A stretch of 64,000 nt of DNA, from contig CATNEN010000038.1 in NCBI GenBank assembly GCA_950097015.1, forward strand, positions 29,388,001 through 29,452,000, given 5' to 3'. Of the stretch, positions 1-15,600 are shown in pieces (position 1 is the stretch's first letter; each line of letters begins with the position of its first letter). Source of the DNA: Macrostomum hystrix (lineage: Eukaryota > Animalia > Platyhelminthes). The notes beneath the pieces were generated by a model, which saw only the letters and a program-made list of their open reading frames with translations, made no database searches and had not been told where the DNA came from. The position numbers and the translations under genes are program-made.

Positions 1-1876
1 CCATATCTACCATAGACTGGGATCTCATCAACAATATCATCCCATATCTACCATAGACTGGGATCTCATCAACAATCTCATCACGTATCTACCATAGACT
101 GGGATATCATCAACAATATCATCCCATATCTACCATAGACTGGGATATCATCAACAATCCCATCCCATATCTACCATAGACTGAGATCACATCAACAATT
201 TAATTTTATATCTACCATAGACTGGGATCTCATTAACAATCTTATCCCATATCTACCATAGACTGGGATCTCATTAACAATCCCATCCCATGTCTACCAT
301 AGACTGGGATCTCATCAACAACCTCATCCCATATCTACCATAGACTGGGATCTCATCAACAATCCCATCCCATATCTACCATAGACTGGGATCTCATCAA
401 CAATCTCATCCCATATCTACCATAGACTGGGATCTCATTAACAATCCCATCCCATGTCTACCATAGACTGGGATCTCATCAACAACCTCATCCCATATCT
501 ACCATAGACTGGGATCTCATCAACAATCCCATCCCATATCTACCATAGACTGGGATCTCATTAACAATCCCATCCCATGTCTACCATAGACTGGGATCTC
601 ATCAACAACCTCATCCCATATCTACCATAGACTGGGATCTCATTAACAATCCCATCCCATATCTACCATAGACTGGGATCTCATCAACAATCCCATCCCA
701 TATCTACCATAGACTGGGATCTCATCAACAATCCCATCCCATATCTACCATAGACTGGGATCTCATTAACAATCCCATCCCATGTCTACCATAGACTGGG
801 ATCTCATCAACAATTCCATCCCATATCTACCATAGACTGGGATCTCATTAACAATCCCATCCCATGTCTACCATAGACTGGGATCTCATCAACAATCTCA
901 TCCCATATCTACCATAGACTGGGATCTCATCAACAATCTCATCCCATATCTACCATAGACTGGGATATCATCAACAATCTCATCCCATATCTACCATAGA
1001 CTGGGATATCATCAACAATCTCATCCCATATCTACCATAGACTGGGATCTCATCAACAATCTCATCCCATATCTACCATAGACTGGGATCTCATCGACAA
1101 TCTCATCCCATATCTACCATAGACTGGGATATTATCAACAATCTCATCCCATATCTACCATAGACTGGGATATTATCAACAATCTCATCCCATATCTACC
1201 ATAGACTGGGATATTATCAACAATATCATCCCATATCTACCATAGACTGGGATATCATCAACAATCTCATCCCATATCTACCATAGACTGGGATCTCATC
1301 AACAATATCATCCCATATCTACCATAGACTGGGATCTTATCAACAATATCATCCCATATCTACCATAGACTGGGATCTTATCAAAAATCTCATCCCATAT
1401 CTACCATAGACTGGGATCTCATCAACAATCTCATCCCATATCTACCATAGACTGGGATCTCATCAACAATCTCATCCCATATCTACCATAGACTGGGATC
1501 TTATTAACAATCCCATCCCATATCTACCATAGACTGGGATCTCATCAACAATCCCATCCCATATCTACCATAGACTGGGATCTCATCAACAATCTCATCC
1601 CATATCTACCATAGACTGGGATCTTATTAACAATCCCATCCCATATCTACCATAGACTGGGATCTTATTAACAATCCCATCCCATATCTACCATAGACTG
1701 GGATCTTATTAACAATCCCATCCCATATCTACCATAGACTGGGATCTCATTAACAATCTCATCCCATATCTACCATAGACTGGGATCTCATCAACAATCT
1801 CATCCCATATCTACCATAGACTGGAATCTCATCAACAATCTCATCCCATATCTACCATAGACTGGGATCTCATCAA
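1..1876. repeat. 41-bp tandem minisatellite (CCATATCTACCATAGACTGGGATCTCATCAACAATCTCATC), runs off the window start
   Basis: Direct 41-bp periodicity with point variants. Confidence 0.97.
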
Positions 1877-2263
1877 GATCGTGAGTCCTAATTCTGCCTC
1901 ATATTTTTCCCAGATTGCCAAATTTATTTTAGCTCGATTAAAAATCTATTTGCACTGCTGTCCTCAAATGTTTAGTAGTATTTTTGCCTAACTACGTAAA
2001 ACGAGATCAAGTGTGAAAATATTGGCTGGGACTGGCAAATAGCTTAGGGATTAATTTCTCTTGGCGAGAAGTTACAAATCGACCAACGCATTTAATATCC
2101 GGCTTGCACTGTGGGATTTTTACAAAATTAAAAAAGACTTGCCCCCGAACTTAGCAGTGAGAATATCGGAATTTAATCAGGAAATGACATTTGCGAATCT
2201 GCTTGCTACATCGCCTGTTCTGAGTCACAAACCCCAGAACTCTTAATAGATGCTTGATGCTAG

Positions 2264-2580
2264 CTGGAATCAAAGCTATACTAACAGGAATCGAAGCTAT
2301 ACTAACAGGAATCGAAGCTATACAACAGGAATCGAAGCTATACTAACAGGAATCGAAGCTATACTAACAGGAATCGAAGCTATACTAACAGGAATCGAAG
2401 CTATACTAACAGGAATCGAAGCTATACTAACAGGAATCGAAGCTATAATAACAGGAATCGAAGCTATACTAACAGGAATCGAAGCTATACTAACAGGAAT
2501 CGAAGCTATACTAACAGGAATCGAAGCTGTACTGGCTGGAATCGAAGCTGTACTAGCTAGAATCGAAGCTATTGTAGCTA
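2264..2580. repeat. 21-bp tandem repeat (GGAATCGAAGCTATACTAACA)
   Basis: Direct periodicity; explains the (TGIEAIL)n ORF. Confidence 0.93.
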
Positions 2581-2633
2581 GAATAATTGTAGAAGCAAAT
2601 ATATATCTGGAATCGGAAAAGGCGTTTTTGCGT

Positions 2634-2925
2634 GGAATCGCAGCAGCAATCTTAATCTGGAATCGCAGCAGCAGTCTTAATCTGGAATCGCAGCGGCAGT
2701 CCTAATCTGGAATCGAAGCAGCAGTCTTAATCTAGAATCGCAGCAGCAGTCTTAATCTAGAATCGCAGCAGCAATCTTAATCTGGAATCGCAGCAGCAGA
2801 CTTAATCTAGAATCGCAGCAGCAGTCTTAATCTGGAATCGCAGCAGCAGTCTTAATCTAGAATCGCAGCAGCAATCTTAATCTGGAATCGCAGCAGCAGT
2901 CTTAATCTAGAATCGCAGCAGCAAT
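2634..2925. repeat. 25-bp tandem repeat (GAATCGCAGCAGCAGTCTTAATCT[AG])
   Basis: Direct periodicity; shares the GAATCG core with the adjacent 21-bp array. Confidence 0.9.
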
Positions 2926-3665
2926 CAGTTTCTTATATGACAAGCTCTTAGACTAATTATTTAGCAAAAATGTTTAGAAAATAATTAAGATCTATTCACA
3001 TAATTCTTGTTTGATGCTTGAATTGGTTATTAAATACATAGAAAACAATTTTAAAACACAAACACTCATTTTACTGGACAGATTGAAGTAATCCTGAAGC
3101 AGAAGATTAACCCGGTAGAGCCGAAGTAGATTGACTGTACATCTTGTGCGTATTGTCTGCCGTATCAAGCGTATTTCTGACACCGTACATCAGGGCTTAA
3201 ACTACTGTACACAGCGCGTTGACCAACGCGGCAATTCACTGACCTGGTATAGGCTTCGGGTAAGAAATTCATCAAGAAAAAGAACACGCCGGAGAGACCA
3301 GCTCACAACTGATTGACGCCTTCTCTTCCTCTCGTGTGCTCCGAAGTCGTAGTCGCGACTAAAAATAGCTGGGAGGTGTAGAGAGAAGCATTGCGAGGAG
3401 AGGAAAGGAACTGAGACTGCTGGGGATTTTGGGGAAGAGGGCTGGCGGCAGAAGTGGTCTCTGAGCGTGTGCTCTCTCCTCACCTCCCACCCTCCCTCCC
3501 TCACTCCCTCCCTCCCTAACGACCCAGCGCCAAATATAACACTTCTCTAGGATCGTGCAACAAAAAACCTACTAAACTGTCTGCTTTCTCTTCTCTCTGT
3601 CTCTTTTGCTATTGCTACTAGGAGGAATTGGCTTGTCTTTGTCAATTTCGGGCGCCCAGATACGA

Positions 3666-6600
3666 ATGGCTCAGAAGCCGAAACTGCAGCCGGTAAAGAT
3701 TCGAGTAGATCGAATTAGGCTTGTCGAAGATGATAACAGCGGCGGCGGTGGCGTCGGTGGCGTCGGTGGCGGCATCAGCAAGTGCCGAAGTTTTCCTAGG
3801 TTTCATCACGTCGCAGAGCAGGGTGGAGGCGTCGGCGGTGGCGTCAGCGGAGGCGTCAGCGGAGGCGGAGGACAGCTTGACGTACCATTCAAGCACCTGG
3901 CTTCCGGCCTGAGTTTCGGCGGCTCAGTCAGCAGCGTCGGCTCCCTGGGCGTCAGCGGTGGCGGCGGCGGCGGCGCTATGTCGTCAACAGGCAGCCTGGA
4001 GGTGCACGCTCCGTCGGTGCACGCCATCGACAGCCCGACGAGCGCCTCACAGCAGCTTCTCTGGTGTCGACGCTCAGAGTCCTGTCCGAGTCTGTGGCTG
4101 TCGTTTCAGCGACAGGTTCAGGCGGCAGCTTCAGCGATGGCGGACTCCTCGGTCAGTCGTTCAGTCAGAGCCAGCCCGCTGCCTCCGCCAAGGTGTCCGC
4201 AGCAGAACCTTCAACAGGCGACACCAGCCACGCCAGTAGCAGCCGAAGCCGCAGCTGCGGCCGCTGCGTTAGTCGCGGATGCCCAGACAGAGAGTCGTCA
4301 ACCTGACGAGGAGGACGGAGGGCTGCGCCGGTTCACCGGTGGCAGCGCGCTCAACCGGCAGACCCGAAGATCGCGGCGAAAGTGCGAGGAGTGGATTGTG
4401 AAGCTGGGAAATTGAGACCAGAATGATTCCATAGACCTGCATCGGGTGGCAAGTACGCAGCTCACACTCTATGCAAACAATCCTTCATATAAACTACATG
4501 TATATTACTAGTGTAACTGCATAAAACTATCTTGAGATTGCCCTATGATCAATCACAATTATTTTGATCAATCAATGCGTTTTCGTGTTTTTGAATACTT
4601 ACTCTACTAATCTTATTTCTTCATACAATGTCCTGCTGCAGAGAAATCCTCTTTTTGAATTTTCGTCCAATATTCTCAAAACCGCTGACTTTTTAATTTA
4701 CAAGTTTTTCATGTTCAATCAGGCCAGTAGTTCTGTCTAGCTTGTGTCAATCGCAATTTGATGTGCTTAATCATGACTCAAGATAGCCGTTTAGACACTT
4801 TATTATGTCTTCTTTATACATGATGCGTGTATCTTTGGGATTCTCTTTAGGATTTCCCTCCCGACTCCTTGAGTTTTTCTGTGGGATTCACCTGCCAGGA
4901 GATGTCAAGTAGCGGGAGATTATTGTGGGGATTTCCCTCAAGTAACATGATATTTACCTTAAGATTTCCCTCGACAACATGAGATTCTCTTTGGGATTTC
5001 CCTCGAGAAGATGAGATTCACCTTTGGATTTCCCTCGCGAAGATGAGATTCACCTTTGGATTTCCCTCGAGAAGATGAGATTCACCTTTGGATTTCCCTC
5101 GACAACATGAGATTCACCTTTGGATTTCCCTCGCGAAGATGAGATTCACCTTTGGATTTCCCTCGAGAAGATGAGATTCACCTTTGGATTTCCCTCGACA
5201 ACATGAGATTCACCTTTGGATTTCCCTCGCGAAGATGAGATTCACCTTTGGATTTCCCTCGAGAAGATGAGATTCACCTTTGGATTTCCCTCGACAACAT
5301 GAGATTCACCTTTGGATTTCCCTCGCGAAGATGAGATTCACCTTTGGATTTCCCTCGCGAAGATGAGATTCACCTTTGGATTTCCCTCGCGAAGATGAGA
5401 TTCACCTTTGGATTTCCCTCGCGAAGATGAGATTCACCTTTGGATTTCCCTCGCGAAGATGAGATTCACCTTTGGATTTCCCTCGCGAAGATGAGATTCA
5501 CCTTTTGATTTCCCTCGAGAACATGAGATTCTCCTTGAGATTTCCCTCGAGAGACAGGATATTCTCCAGGGGATTTTTCTTCAGTGAGCCTTAGTAAGCA
5601 CAATAACACAATTATTTCCCTAGATAGTGTCCTCATGTTTGTCTTTCTGTGTGCTTGTCTTTCTTTAATTTCTCCCCTGTCTCTCCTATCAATGGAATCA
5701 AAATCTGACTTTTAGATTTCCTTGTCGGAGGTTAGGTCGGTAATGTTTCGATTGTGATCTCCCGCAATTTATTCTAAAAATAGCAACAATCCAATATTTG
5801 GCTTGACCAATAAGATTCAAGATGTACTATTTAAGCACAAAACAGATTTTACTTGTAGATGTGACTAATTTTTTTCTCCGCTCCGTTTCCCTGCTTTTTC
5901 TGTGTTACCTCTCTTTTCTGTGCTTTGTTTATCTAGTAAGTTTGCGGGCATTAATTTAGCTTTATATTGCAAAATTATTTCATACTTGTCCTGAGACCAA
6001 TACTGTTTTGCTATTATATATTTGAAATTGTGATTTATTTACAAATGAGTTATAATGTTATATCAAGGAATTATTTTATCTATTACGCGAGCTAGTTATA
6101 CAAGCAACTAAATATTTTAATTCTTCTTTGTTTGCGAATTTTAAACCCCTAAAACAACTGTCTTTTGGTTTTTAAATTAACTTATAACAAAGACCATTTG
6201 GTGAAGCCAGTAAGAAGGCTATTCTGCCCATTTCACTGACTCCTGAGCACACACGCACACAGGTGTGTACATCTGCCCTGAGTTTCTCATTGTCAGGCAG
6301 TGTACACTCTCAGTGTGCCTTGGAAGTTGGCAGGGCGTAAATTGCACGACAAGCCCCCAGTTAGAGAGTGAGGGAGTGATGGAGTGAGGGAGTGAGGGAG
6401 TGAGGGAGTGAGGGAGTGAGGGAGTGAGGGAGTGAAGGAGTGAAGGAGTGAGGGAGTGAGGGAGTGAGAGAGTGAGGGAGTGAGAGGGTGAGGGAGTGAG
6501 GGAGTAAGGGAGTGAGGGAGTGAGGGAGTGAGGGAGTGAGAGAGTGAGGGAGTGAGAGTGTGAGAGAGTGAGGGAGTGAGGGAGTTAGGGAGTGAGAGAG

Positions 6601-9600
6601 TGAGGGAGTGAGGGAGTGATGGAGTGAGGGAGTGAGGGAGTTAGGGAGTGAGAGAGTGAGGGAGTGAGAGAGTGAGTGAGAGAGTGAGGGAGTGAGGGAG
6701 TGAGGGAGTGAGAGAGTGAGGGAGTGAGGGAGTGAGAGAGTGAGGGAGTGAGGGAGTGAGAGAGTGAGGGAGTGAGGGAGTGATGGAGTGAGGGAGTGAG
6801 GGAGTGAGGGAGTGAGGGAGTGAGAGAGTGAGGGCGTGAGGGAGTGAGAGAGTGAGGGGTGAGGGAGTGAGGGAGTGAGAGAGTGAGGGAGTGAGGGAGT
6901 TAGGGAGTGAGAGAGTGAGGGAGTGAGAGAGTGAGTGAGAGAGTGAGGGAGTGAGGGAGTGAGGGAGTGAGAGAGTGAGGGAGTGAGGGAGTGATGGAGT
7001 GAGGGAGTGAGGGAGTGAGGGAGTGAGGGAGTGAGAGAGTGAGGGCGTGAGGGAGTGAGAGAGTGAGAGGTTGAGGGAGTGAGGGAGTGAGGGAGTGAGA
7101 GGGTAAGGGAGTGAGAGAGTGAGGGGGTGAGAGAGTGAGGGAGTGAGAGAGTGAGAGAGTGAGGGAGTGAGAGAGTGAGTGAGAGAGTGAGGGAGTGAGG
7201 GAGTGAGAGAGTGAGGGAGTGAGGGAGTGAGGGAGTTAGGGAGTGAGAGAGTGAGGGAGTGAGAGAGTGAGTGAGAGAGGGAGTGAGGGAGTGAGAGAGT
7301 GAGGGAGTGAGAGAGTGAGGGAGTGAGGGAGTTAGGGAGTGAGAGAGTGAGGGAGTGAGAGAGTGAGTGAGAGAGTGAGGGAGTGAGAGAGTGAGGGAGT
7401 GAGGGAGTGAGAGAGTGAGGGAGTGAGAGTGTGAGAGAGTGAGGGAGTGGCAGAGATAGGCAGAGAGGGTTATGGTGATTGAAGGATGATTAAAATTTAC
7501 ATTTTATGATGAAGAAGCAAGGGAGGAAGAACAAGCTGGTCGCGAGATCTGACTCGAGCAAGGGACCGTTGATTTAGGATTGTACTTGTATTATTTTTAT
7601 GAACTGAAAGACCCGATGAGCTTGAGACCCTGAAGATTGGCGAATTGGGCAAAACAAGATAAAAAATCGATGGAATTAAGATGCGGTTAATGACCGCTGA
7701 GGCTGTTGGACTGAGTGGTTTAAGAAACACGGGTTCAGAACCTCAAAGATAAGGGCTATGCAATTCTGTGTGTGTGCGTGTAGGAAATACTAGTAAATGC
7801 TAGGGCAACACTGCAGTCTCACGGCTGGGCTAGTGGAACAGAAATGCAGTATTAATGAGGCCCATCGGTGCACAACCGCTGTCAGCGAGAGGTAGATAAA
7901 ACCTCTGCACAATCGGTTTGAGAGCCTGTTGTTGGTGGAACTATAAACTGGGACTCCTAAAGATTGTCCGTTGCCATGGAAACGGTTAATCCGGAAATTT
8001 CGCAGCTCAGTAGGCCACAGAAATTGCGCAAGCGTCAGAGTAGTCGAGTTTCAGCTGGTAGGGGGCGTGAACCGCCGACCTCCAGGGGCGTCTCGGCGGT
8101 GAATTCGGCGGCAACCACGCGCTTGGACATTCGCGGTGAGTTTGGTGGGTAATTTTGGGACAATTTGTTAAATAACTGCCTTCGCCATTTCAATACAGGA
8201 CACAAGTCTTGGTCATAACACACCCATGATGGGAAGTCTTAGTCATAACACACTCATGACGGGAAGTCTTGGTCATGTCATACTCATGATGACAAGTCTT
8301 GGTCATGACACACTCATGACGGGAAGTCTTGGTCATGACACACTCATGACGGGAAGTCTTGGTCATAACGCACTCGTGACGGGAAGTCTTGGTCATGAAA
8401 CACTCATGATGGCAAGTCTTGGTCCTGACACACTAATGACGGGAAGTCTTGTTCATGAAACACTCATGACGGGAAGTCTTGGTCATAACACACTCATGAT
8501 GACAAGTCTTGGTCATAACACACTCATGACGGAAAGTCTTGGTCATGACACACTCGTGACGGGAAGTCTTGGTCATGATACACTCATGACAGTAAGTCTT
8601 GGTCATAACACAATCATGACGGGAAGTCTTGGATATGAAACACTCATGACGGCAACTCTTGGTCATGACGCAGTCAATAAATGCCTCATCCATTACAAGA
8701 CACAATCATCGATAGTGACTCCCGAGCTCATGGTTGAAAAAGTTAGAAGATCATTCTTGGCTAGGATTATTACTGGACAAAATCATTTGTCAGTTCTCGC
8801 TAAAGTGCAGTTCAAATAAGGTCTAGAACTCAAACTATATTTTCTCCTACCCAGCCGTACTGCAAACAAAGCACATGAAGTTGAATATGCTTAGATTTTA
8901 CTGAAATTCTACAAATAATATGATTATAGCTTTTCGAAGCTTACTTAGCTGTCGATTCATAGGAAATTTCGCACACGAGAAGCACATTTGGAGCCCATGA
9001 CCCATTGTTCAGTCTGTGGATTGAACTCATACTCTAGTTCCAGCTAATGCTAGTAACAAAAAGGACTTTTGTTTTTTCTGGAACTCCCAAAATATTCGAC
9101 CAATCGTTACAAAGAGCCGGAACTTGGGCTAAAATTTTCCGTTCTTCCAAAAACACAAAACGTCGGCATCACCCAACAATGAGTATCTTGTGGCAAAAAC
9201 CTCCAATGAAGCCACAGTTTCTCGGCTCACGAAATTTTATTATGTCAATCAGTCGCGGTGACCTTCGTTCGCAGAAAAGAATTCTTCAGTTTCAGCTTTG
9301 CGAACGCAGCCATCTTTGAAATGCCGATCGGGTGCTTTTGTTGAAGGTCCCGACGGTCGCCGCCGATGCTCGAGACGGCGATGAAGGGACCCTGGTGCCT
9401 GGGATGCTGAGAACAAAGGTCACTATACGACGGATAAGACTCAGATTATTAAACCAATATGGATTCGAACCAAAGAGGTTTATACGGAACATTGTTAGAT
9501 GTCATTGTCACGAGGGTATTCGACGACAATCGTTGAATATCTCGACGATGCCGACGTCGGACGGCTTTGAAAGTTAGTTCATGGTAAAGGGCGGAAAATT

Positions 9601-12600
9601 TTGATCTAAATGATGGACATTGGCAAAAATCTGTCATTCGGTTTGGGAGCTATCGTGAAGTAAGCAGTGAGCATTCGAGTTACCCCTGTGGACTATCCCA
9701 AGGGAAACAGCGTGGTTTTTCAACCATTTGTGTGGTCATTTTCGATAATTTTCATAATCAACAGACACCCCCCAGTCTCCGCCGGAGACGGCACTGCAAC
9801 AGAATGTGCAGCTCTACCTGGACAGGTGTAAACGACCCCAGATTCCGTTGGCGCCGGTGCGTCGAGTTGTGACGCAGCTAAACTCGCTCAGTCTCAACCT
9901 GCAGTTCATGAATCTCGGCCCAAAGCATGTGCAGGTGATCTGCGAAGCACTGAAACAGAACGCCACTGTTGAGAGTCTGGACTTGCGGAGTAATGGCATC
10001 GACTCAGCCACGGCAGCCCGCATCGCTGACTTGGCTAGGAACAATCCGTGCCTTCAGAACATTGTGAGTCAACTATGCTTATCTGCTTTTTTTGTATACA
10101 GTAGAGTGCATTACTCTACAACAAGGACAATGGAATTTCACATACCCTGGCGCTCTCATAGCGGAACACTGCACAAACACATCAGAGACGAGACTGGGGA
10201 GAGATGAGACGGAGGAGAGATGAGACCGGGAGAGATGATACACGGGAGAGATGAGACGGGATAGATGAGACGGGGAGAGATGATACACGGGAGAGATGAG
10301 ACGGGATAGATGAGACGGGGAGAGATGATACACGGGAGAGATGAGACCGGGAGAGATGATACACGGGAGAGATGAGACGGGATAGATGAGACGGGGAGAG
10401 ATGATACACGGGAGAGATGAGACGGGATAGATGAGACGGGGAGAGATGATACACGGGAGAGATGAGACCGGGAGAGATGATACACGGGAGAGATGAGACG
10501 GGATAGATGAGACGGGGAGAGATGATACACGGGAGAGATGAGACGGGATAGATGAGACGGAGGAGAGATGAGATATGGGAGAGATCAGACAGAGGAGAGA
10601 TGAGACAAGGAGAGATGAGACGGGATAGATGAGACGGGGAGAGATGATACACGGGAGAGATGAGACCGGGAGAGATGATACACGGGAGAGATGAGACGGG
10701 ATAGATGAGACGGGGAGAGATGATACACGGGAGAGATGAGACGGGATAGATGAGACGGAGGAGAGATGAGATATGGGAGAGATCAGACAGAGGAGAGATG
10801 AGACAAGGAGAGATGAGACGGGATAGGCGAGACGGAGGAGAGATGAGACACGGGAAAGATAAGACAGGAAAGATGAGACCGGGGAAAGATGAGACAGATG
10901 AGAGATGATACACATTCCTGAGAGTTGAGACACGGGAGAGATGAGACACGGGAGCGATGAGACACGGGAGAGATGAGAAAGGGGATAGATGAGACTGGAG
11001 GGGAGGGGTGGGAAACCTTTAAATGGCCATAGACTAATTATATCTGGTCGCTACATATACGCCATATTGTATAGAAAAGTCAAACGAGTGCAGAAGGCAA
11101 GACAGATTCCAGGCATGCAATGGCATCGTGTGTCGTCTATAGAGGCACAGAATTCATTCAGCAGCATGCAAGTCTCAAATCACAAAGCAAAAGGAGGGAA
11201 ACACTACCCTAGATTAGTAAAGCCAGCAGCAATATGCGGGTCTTAGCCAGCCTGTGCTTCAATTTTAAGCGAGCCCTGAGTGCTGTCTGCAATGGCTCTG
11301 AAACTAAAACAGCAGCTTCTCTTCTTGTTACTAAACATAGTGACGTCTCGGTCGCGTGTCGAGCGACAATCGATCCATCTGTCTAGCTGTTACGAAGTGC
11401 GGCTCGAGACAGAAAGCTTTGATTTGTGTGATTGACGATCGGTCTAATTTTAGATGCTGTGCTGCGACTTGTGGCGACAAATAGACAGTTTGATCAACGG
11501 TGCATCTGTAGGCTTAACAATTTTGTCATGTCTAATTAGCGCAGTAATAAGCGAAACGCAAGGCTGACCGAATAAAGGACTAATCGAGTATTGAGTATTG
11601 AGAAACAACTCAAGGAACTATAGAATGACAAACTGAAGGACAGAGAAGTGGACCAACTGAAGGACTAACTGATGGACCGACGACTGAAGGACCGATAAAA
11701 GGACCGACTGATTAACCGATAGAAGGACCAACTGATGAACCGATAGAAGGACCAACTGATGAACCGATAGAAGGACCGATAGAAGGACCAACTGATGAAC
11801 CGATAGAAGGACCAACTGATGAACCGATAGAAGAACCGATAGAAGGACCAACTGATGAACCGATAGAAGGACCAACTGATGAACCGATAGAAGGACCAAC
11901 TGATGAACCGATAGAAGGACCAACTGATGAACCGATAGAAGAACCGATAGAAGGACCAACTGATGAACCGATAGAAGGACCAACTGATGAACCGATAGAA
12001 GGACCAACTGATGAACCGATAGAAGGACCAACTGATGAACCGATAGAAGAACCGATAGAAGGACCAACTGATGAACCGATAGAAGGACCGATAGAAGGAC
12101 CAACTGATGAACCGATAGAAGAACCGATAGAAGGACCAACTGATGAACCGATAGAAGAACCGATAGAAGGACCAACTGATGAACCGATAGAAGGACCAAC
12201 TGATGAACCGATAGAAGGACCGATAGAAGGACCAACTGATGAACCGATAGAAGGACCAACTGATGAACCGATAGAAGGACCAACTGATGAACCGATAGAA
12301 GAACCGATAGAAGGACCAACTGATGAACCGATAGAAGGACCGATAGAAGGACCAACTGATGAACCGATAGAAGAACCGATAGAAGGACCAACTGATGAAC
12401 CGATAGAAGAACCGATAGAAGGACCAACTGATGAACCGATAGAAGGACCAACTGATGAACCGATAGAAGGACCGATAGAAGGACCAACTGATGAACCGAT
12501 AGAAGGACCGATAGAAGGACCAACTGATGAACCGATAGAAGGACCAACTGATTAACCGATAGAAGGACCGATAGAAGGACCAACTGATGAACCGATAGAA

Positions 12601-15600
12601 GGAACTAATGATGAACCGATAGAAGGACCAACTGATGAACCGATAGAAGGACCGATAGAAGGACCAACTGATGAACCGATAGAAGGAACTAATGATGAAC
12701 CGATAGAAGGACCAACTGATGAACCGATAGAAAGACCAACTGATGAACCGATAGAAGGACCAACTGATGAACCGATAGAAGGAACAACTGATGAACCGAT
12801 AGAAGGACCGATAGAAGGACCAACTGATGAACCGATAGAAGGACCAACTGATGAACCCATAGAAGGACCAACTGATGAACCGATAGAAGGACCAACTGAT
12901 GAACCGATAGAAGGACCGATAGAAGGACCAACTGATGAACCGATAGAAGGACCAACTGATGAACCGATAGAAGGACCGATAGAAGGACCAACTGATGAAC
13001 CGATAGAAGGACCAACTGATAAACCCATAGAAGGACCAACTGATGAACCGATAGAAGGACCAACTGATGAACCGATAGAAGAACCGATAGAAGAACCAAC
13101 TGAAGGACCATTTAAGAACTAATTGAAGGACCAACTAATGGACCCATAGAAGGACCAATAAAAGCAAGAACTAAAAGATAAGCTGAAGGACCAAAATTAG
13201 AACCGAAATGGGGCTAACGGAATGGCCAATATGTACCCTATTTACGCTCGTATTAATATGTCCAACCGATTGTGTATATACAATACAAACAAAAATCCAA
13301 TGACATTTTATTTTTTTTCAAAAGAACCTCTCAGAAAACGCGATCTCCGGTGTTGGCTGCATCAGCTTCGGCGAGACTTTGGCAAACAACAGCGGCCTAC
13401 TAGAATTGGACTTGTCTGATAACAATCTGGGTGACGCTGATGCTAAAGCTCTAGCCAATGGCTTATGCGTGAGTTGTTTTGTAATAATTAATTACGTTCA
13501 TCTCACACCTGGCTGAGAGGTGTGAAGTTGAATACATAATTGTTTTGATTGGTGTGGATTATTGGCTTGGCGGTGACATAAAAGGTAATATATTGTGTCA
13601 TTCCATAAACACTATATTTCCATAAGCAACCTTTGTGTGTCAAAGAGCATATATTGAACTGTAAAAATGTATACGAAATGCAAAAAACTAGAAAAAATAT
13701 AAAACTTGATTGCTAAATCATGCAAGCCAATTTAAACGTTGAAGTGAACAAGATCATAAAATTGTTAACCAATCAGAATAGAACCACGCGACTACAGTGT
13801 ACAGACCGGGCCAATCAAACCACTTGAGGACCCCATTCATTAATCCACAGAAGAATTATCAGCTGCTTCGCCTACGGCTTGGTCGCAACAGTATCGAAGT
13901 TGATGGCAGCAAGCAGCTGGCCAGAATTCTGGTCGAGAATGACACCTTGGAGGAGCTGGATCTCAGCTGGAACCACATCCGCGGCAAGGGGGGCATTGCC
14001 CTGGCCAGGTCGCTCAAGGTGAGATGAAATTTTCCCATTTTCTGTATCTCCCAAAATATCCAACCAATAGCCGTGAAATTCCAGAACACGATCTAAACTT
14101 TTCCGCTCTACAACTGAAACAACTTCCAGAATATGCTTGATGAAACAACTTCCAGAATATACTTGATGAAACAACTTCCAGAATATACTTGATGAAACAA
14201 CTTCCAGAATATACTTGATGAAACAACTTCCAGAATATACTTGATGAAACAACTTCCAGAATATACTTGATGAAACAACTTCCAGAATATACTTGATGAA
14301 ACAACTTCCAGAATATACTTGATGAAACAACTTCCAGAATATACTTGATGAAACAACTTCCAGAATATACTTGATGAAACAACTTCCAGAATATACTTGA
14401 TGAAACAACTTCCAGAATATGCTTGATGAAACAACTTCCAGAATATACTTGATGAAAATTTTCTGCTCACAAAATTTAATCATTAAACAAATGTAAAGAG
14501 GGAAAATTGTGATCCATACGGTGGACATTCACGAAAATCGGTCATTCAGTTTGGGTGCTATGGTGAAGTAGGCAGCGGGCATTTGAAATCCCACTGGGAC
14601 TCAACTCCGACATTTTGCTGACTGTTGGTTCGATTTCGGACCGAAATTCACACGAAATGTAATTCCGACCCGATTTTGAACCCTTTTGGAGCCGAATTTC
14701 ATCTGCTCTGTGTCGGATCAAAATCGACTGACTGTCGGGAAAGTTTTGGACCGATTTTTCCACGACTCTCACCCGAATTTCATTCCTCGTTTAATGCTTA
14801 AACAGTTTTTTACCTTCCTTTGGCTACCAGTTGCTGCGCATGCAATCAACAGGAATGCAGATTATAATTTCCGACGGTTCTAAGTATTTATTGTAAACAA
14901 GTGCCATTATAATTACACTAATAAAATAACTGTGAGCAGTGCAAAAAATCTGAAAGGTGTCCTGATCGCGACATGATCTTGTGTACAGTGTACTGTCTTT
15001 TAACTTTTTTTGCCGTTGCGTACGCAGATCGTAAGGCAATTTTATATGTTTTCTATTTCCACACGAGTTTCGTACTACTCTTCAGATTCCCTCCTAGTTA
15101 TAACGCCAACTATAGAGTCTCTATTTGATAAGCATGTACATGTACAGATGAATATCGATGAAAGTCGGGTCTTCAGTGTCGGGCGAAAGTCGTGTAGCAG
15201 TTGGTCCGACATGTACAGATGAATATAAATGAAAATCGGACGGATATACATCGTCATATTTCTACACAGGTGAAAGTCGGAGTTTTTTGGGTGAAAGTCG
15301 GAGTTGTTACGGTTTTTTGAAAAATCGATGAGTCGTCGATTTTATCAGGCCGATTTTTCACTTTTGGTCCGACAAAAACCGATGAAAATCGTACGAAGAT
15401 GAATGTCAATCCGTTTTTCATCTTTTGTTTGCGACTTTCGTTTGCCCAAAATCGACCCGACGGCACCGACGCCCCAACAAGATGAAAATCGGGAATAAAT
15501 CGGCCCGATTTTCCCTTTCTTTGTGTCGGGCCGTTTAAAGTTGAATGTCGGAGTTAGGTCCCAGCGGGATACTCCTGTGATCTTCCCCAATGGGGGGAGT

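Noticed and set aside
3606-4415. Stand-alone 269-aa gene
   Set aside because: Better explained as exon 1 of the LRR gene: a donor at 4382 joins 7963 in phase to read RRSRRKLSVAM
9332-9577. Possible extra LRR-gene exon ending at a phase-1 GT
   Set aside because: It overlaps a dispersed repeat also seen at 63.8 kb, and exon 7963-8135 already joins 9765 in frame
11003-11025. hAT-like TIR AGGGGTGGGAAACCTTT
   Set aside because: No partner TIR or TSD found
11618-13134. Long repetitive ORFs here and at 2250, 8226, 10079, 16540, 20157 and 35754
   Set aside because: They are stop-free frames of tandem repeats lying in introns or intergenic gaps
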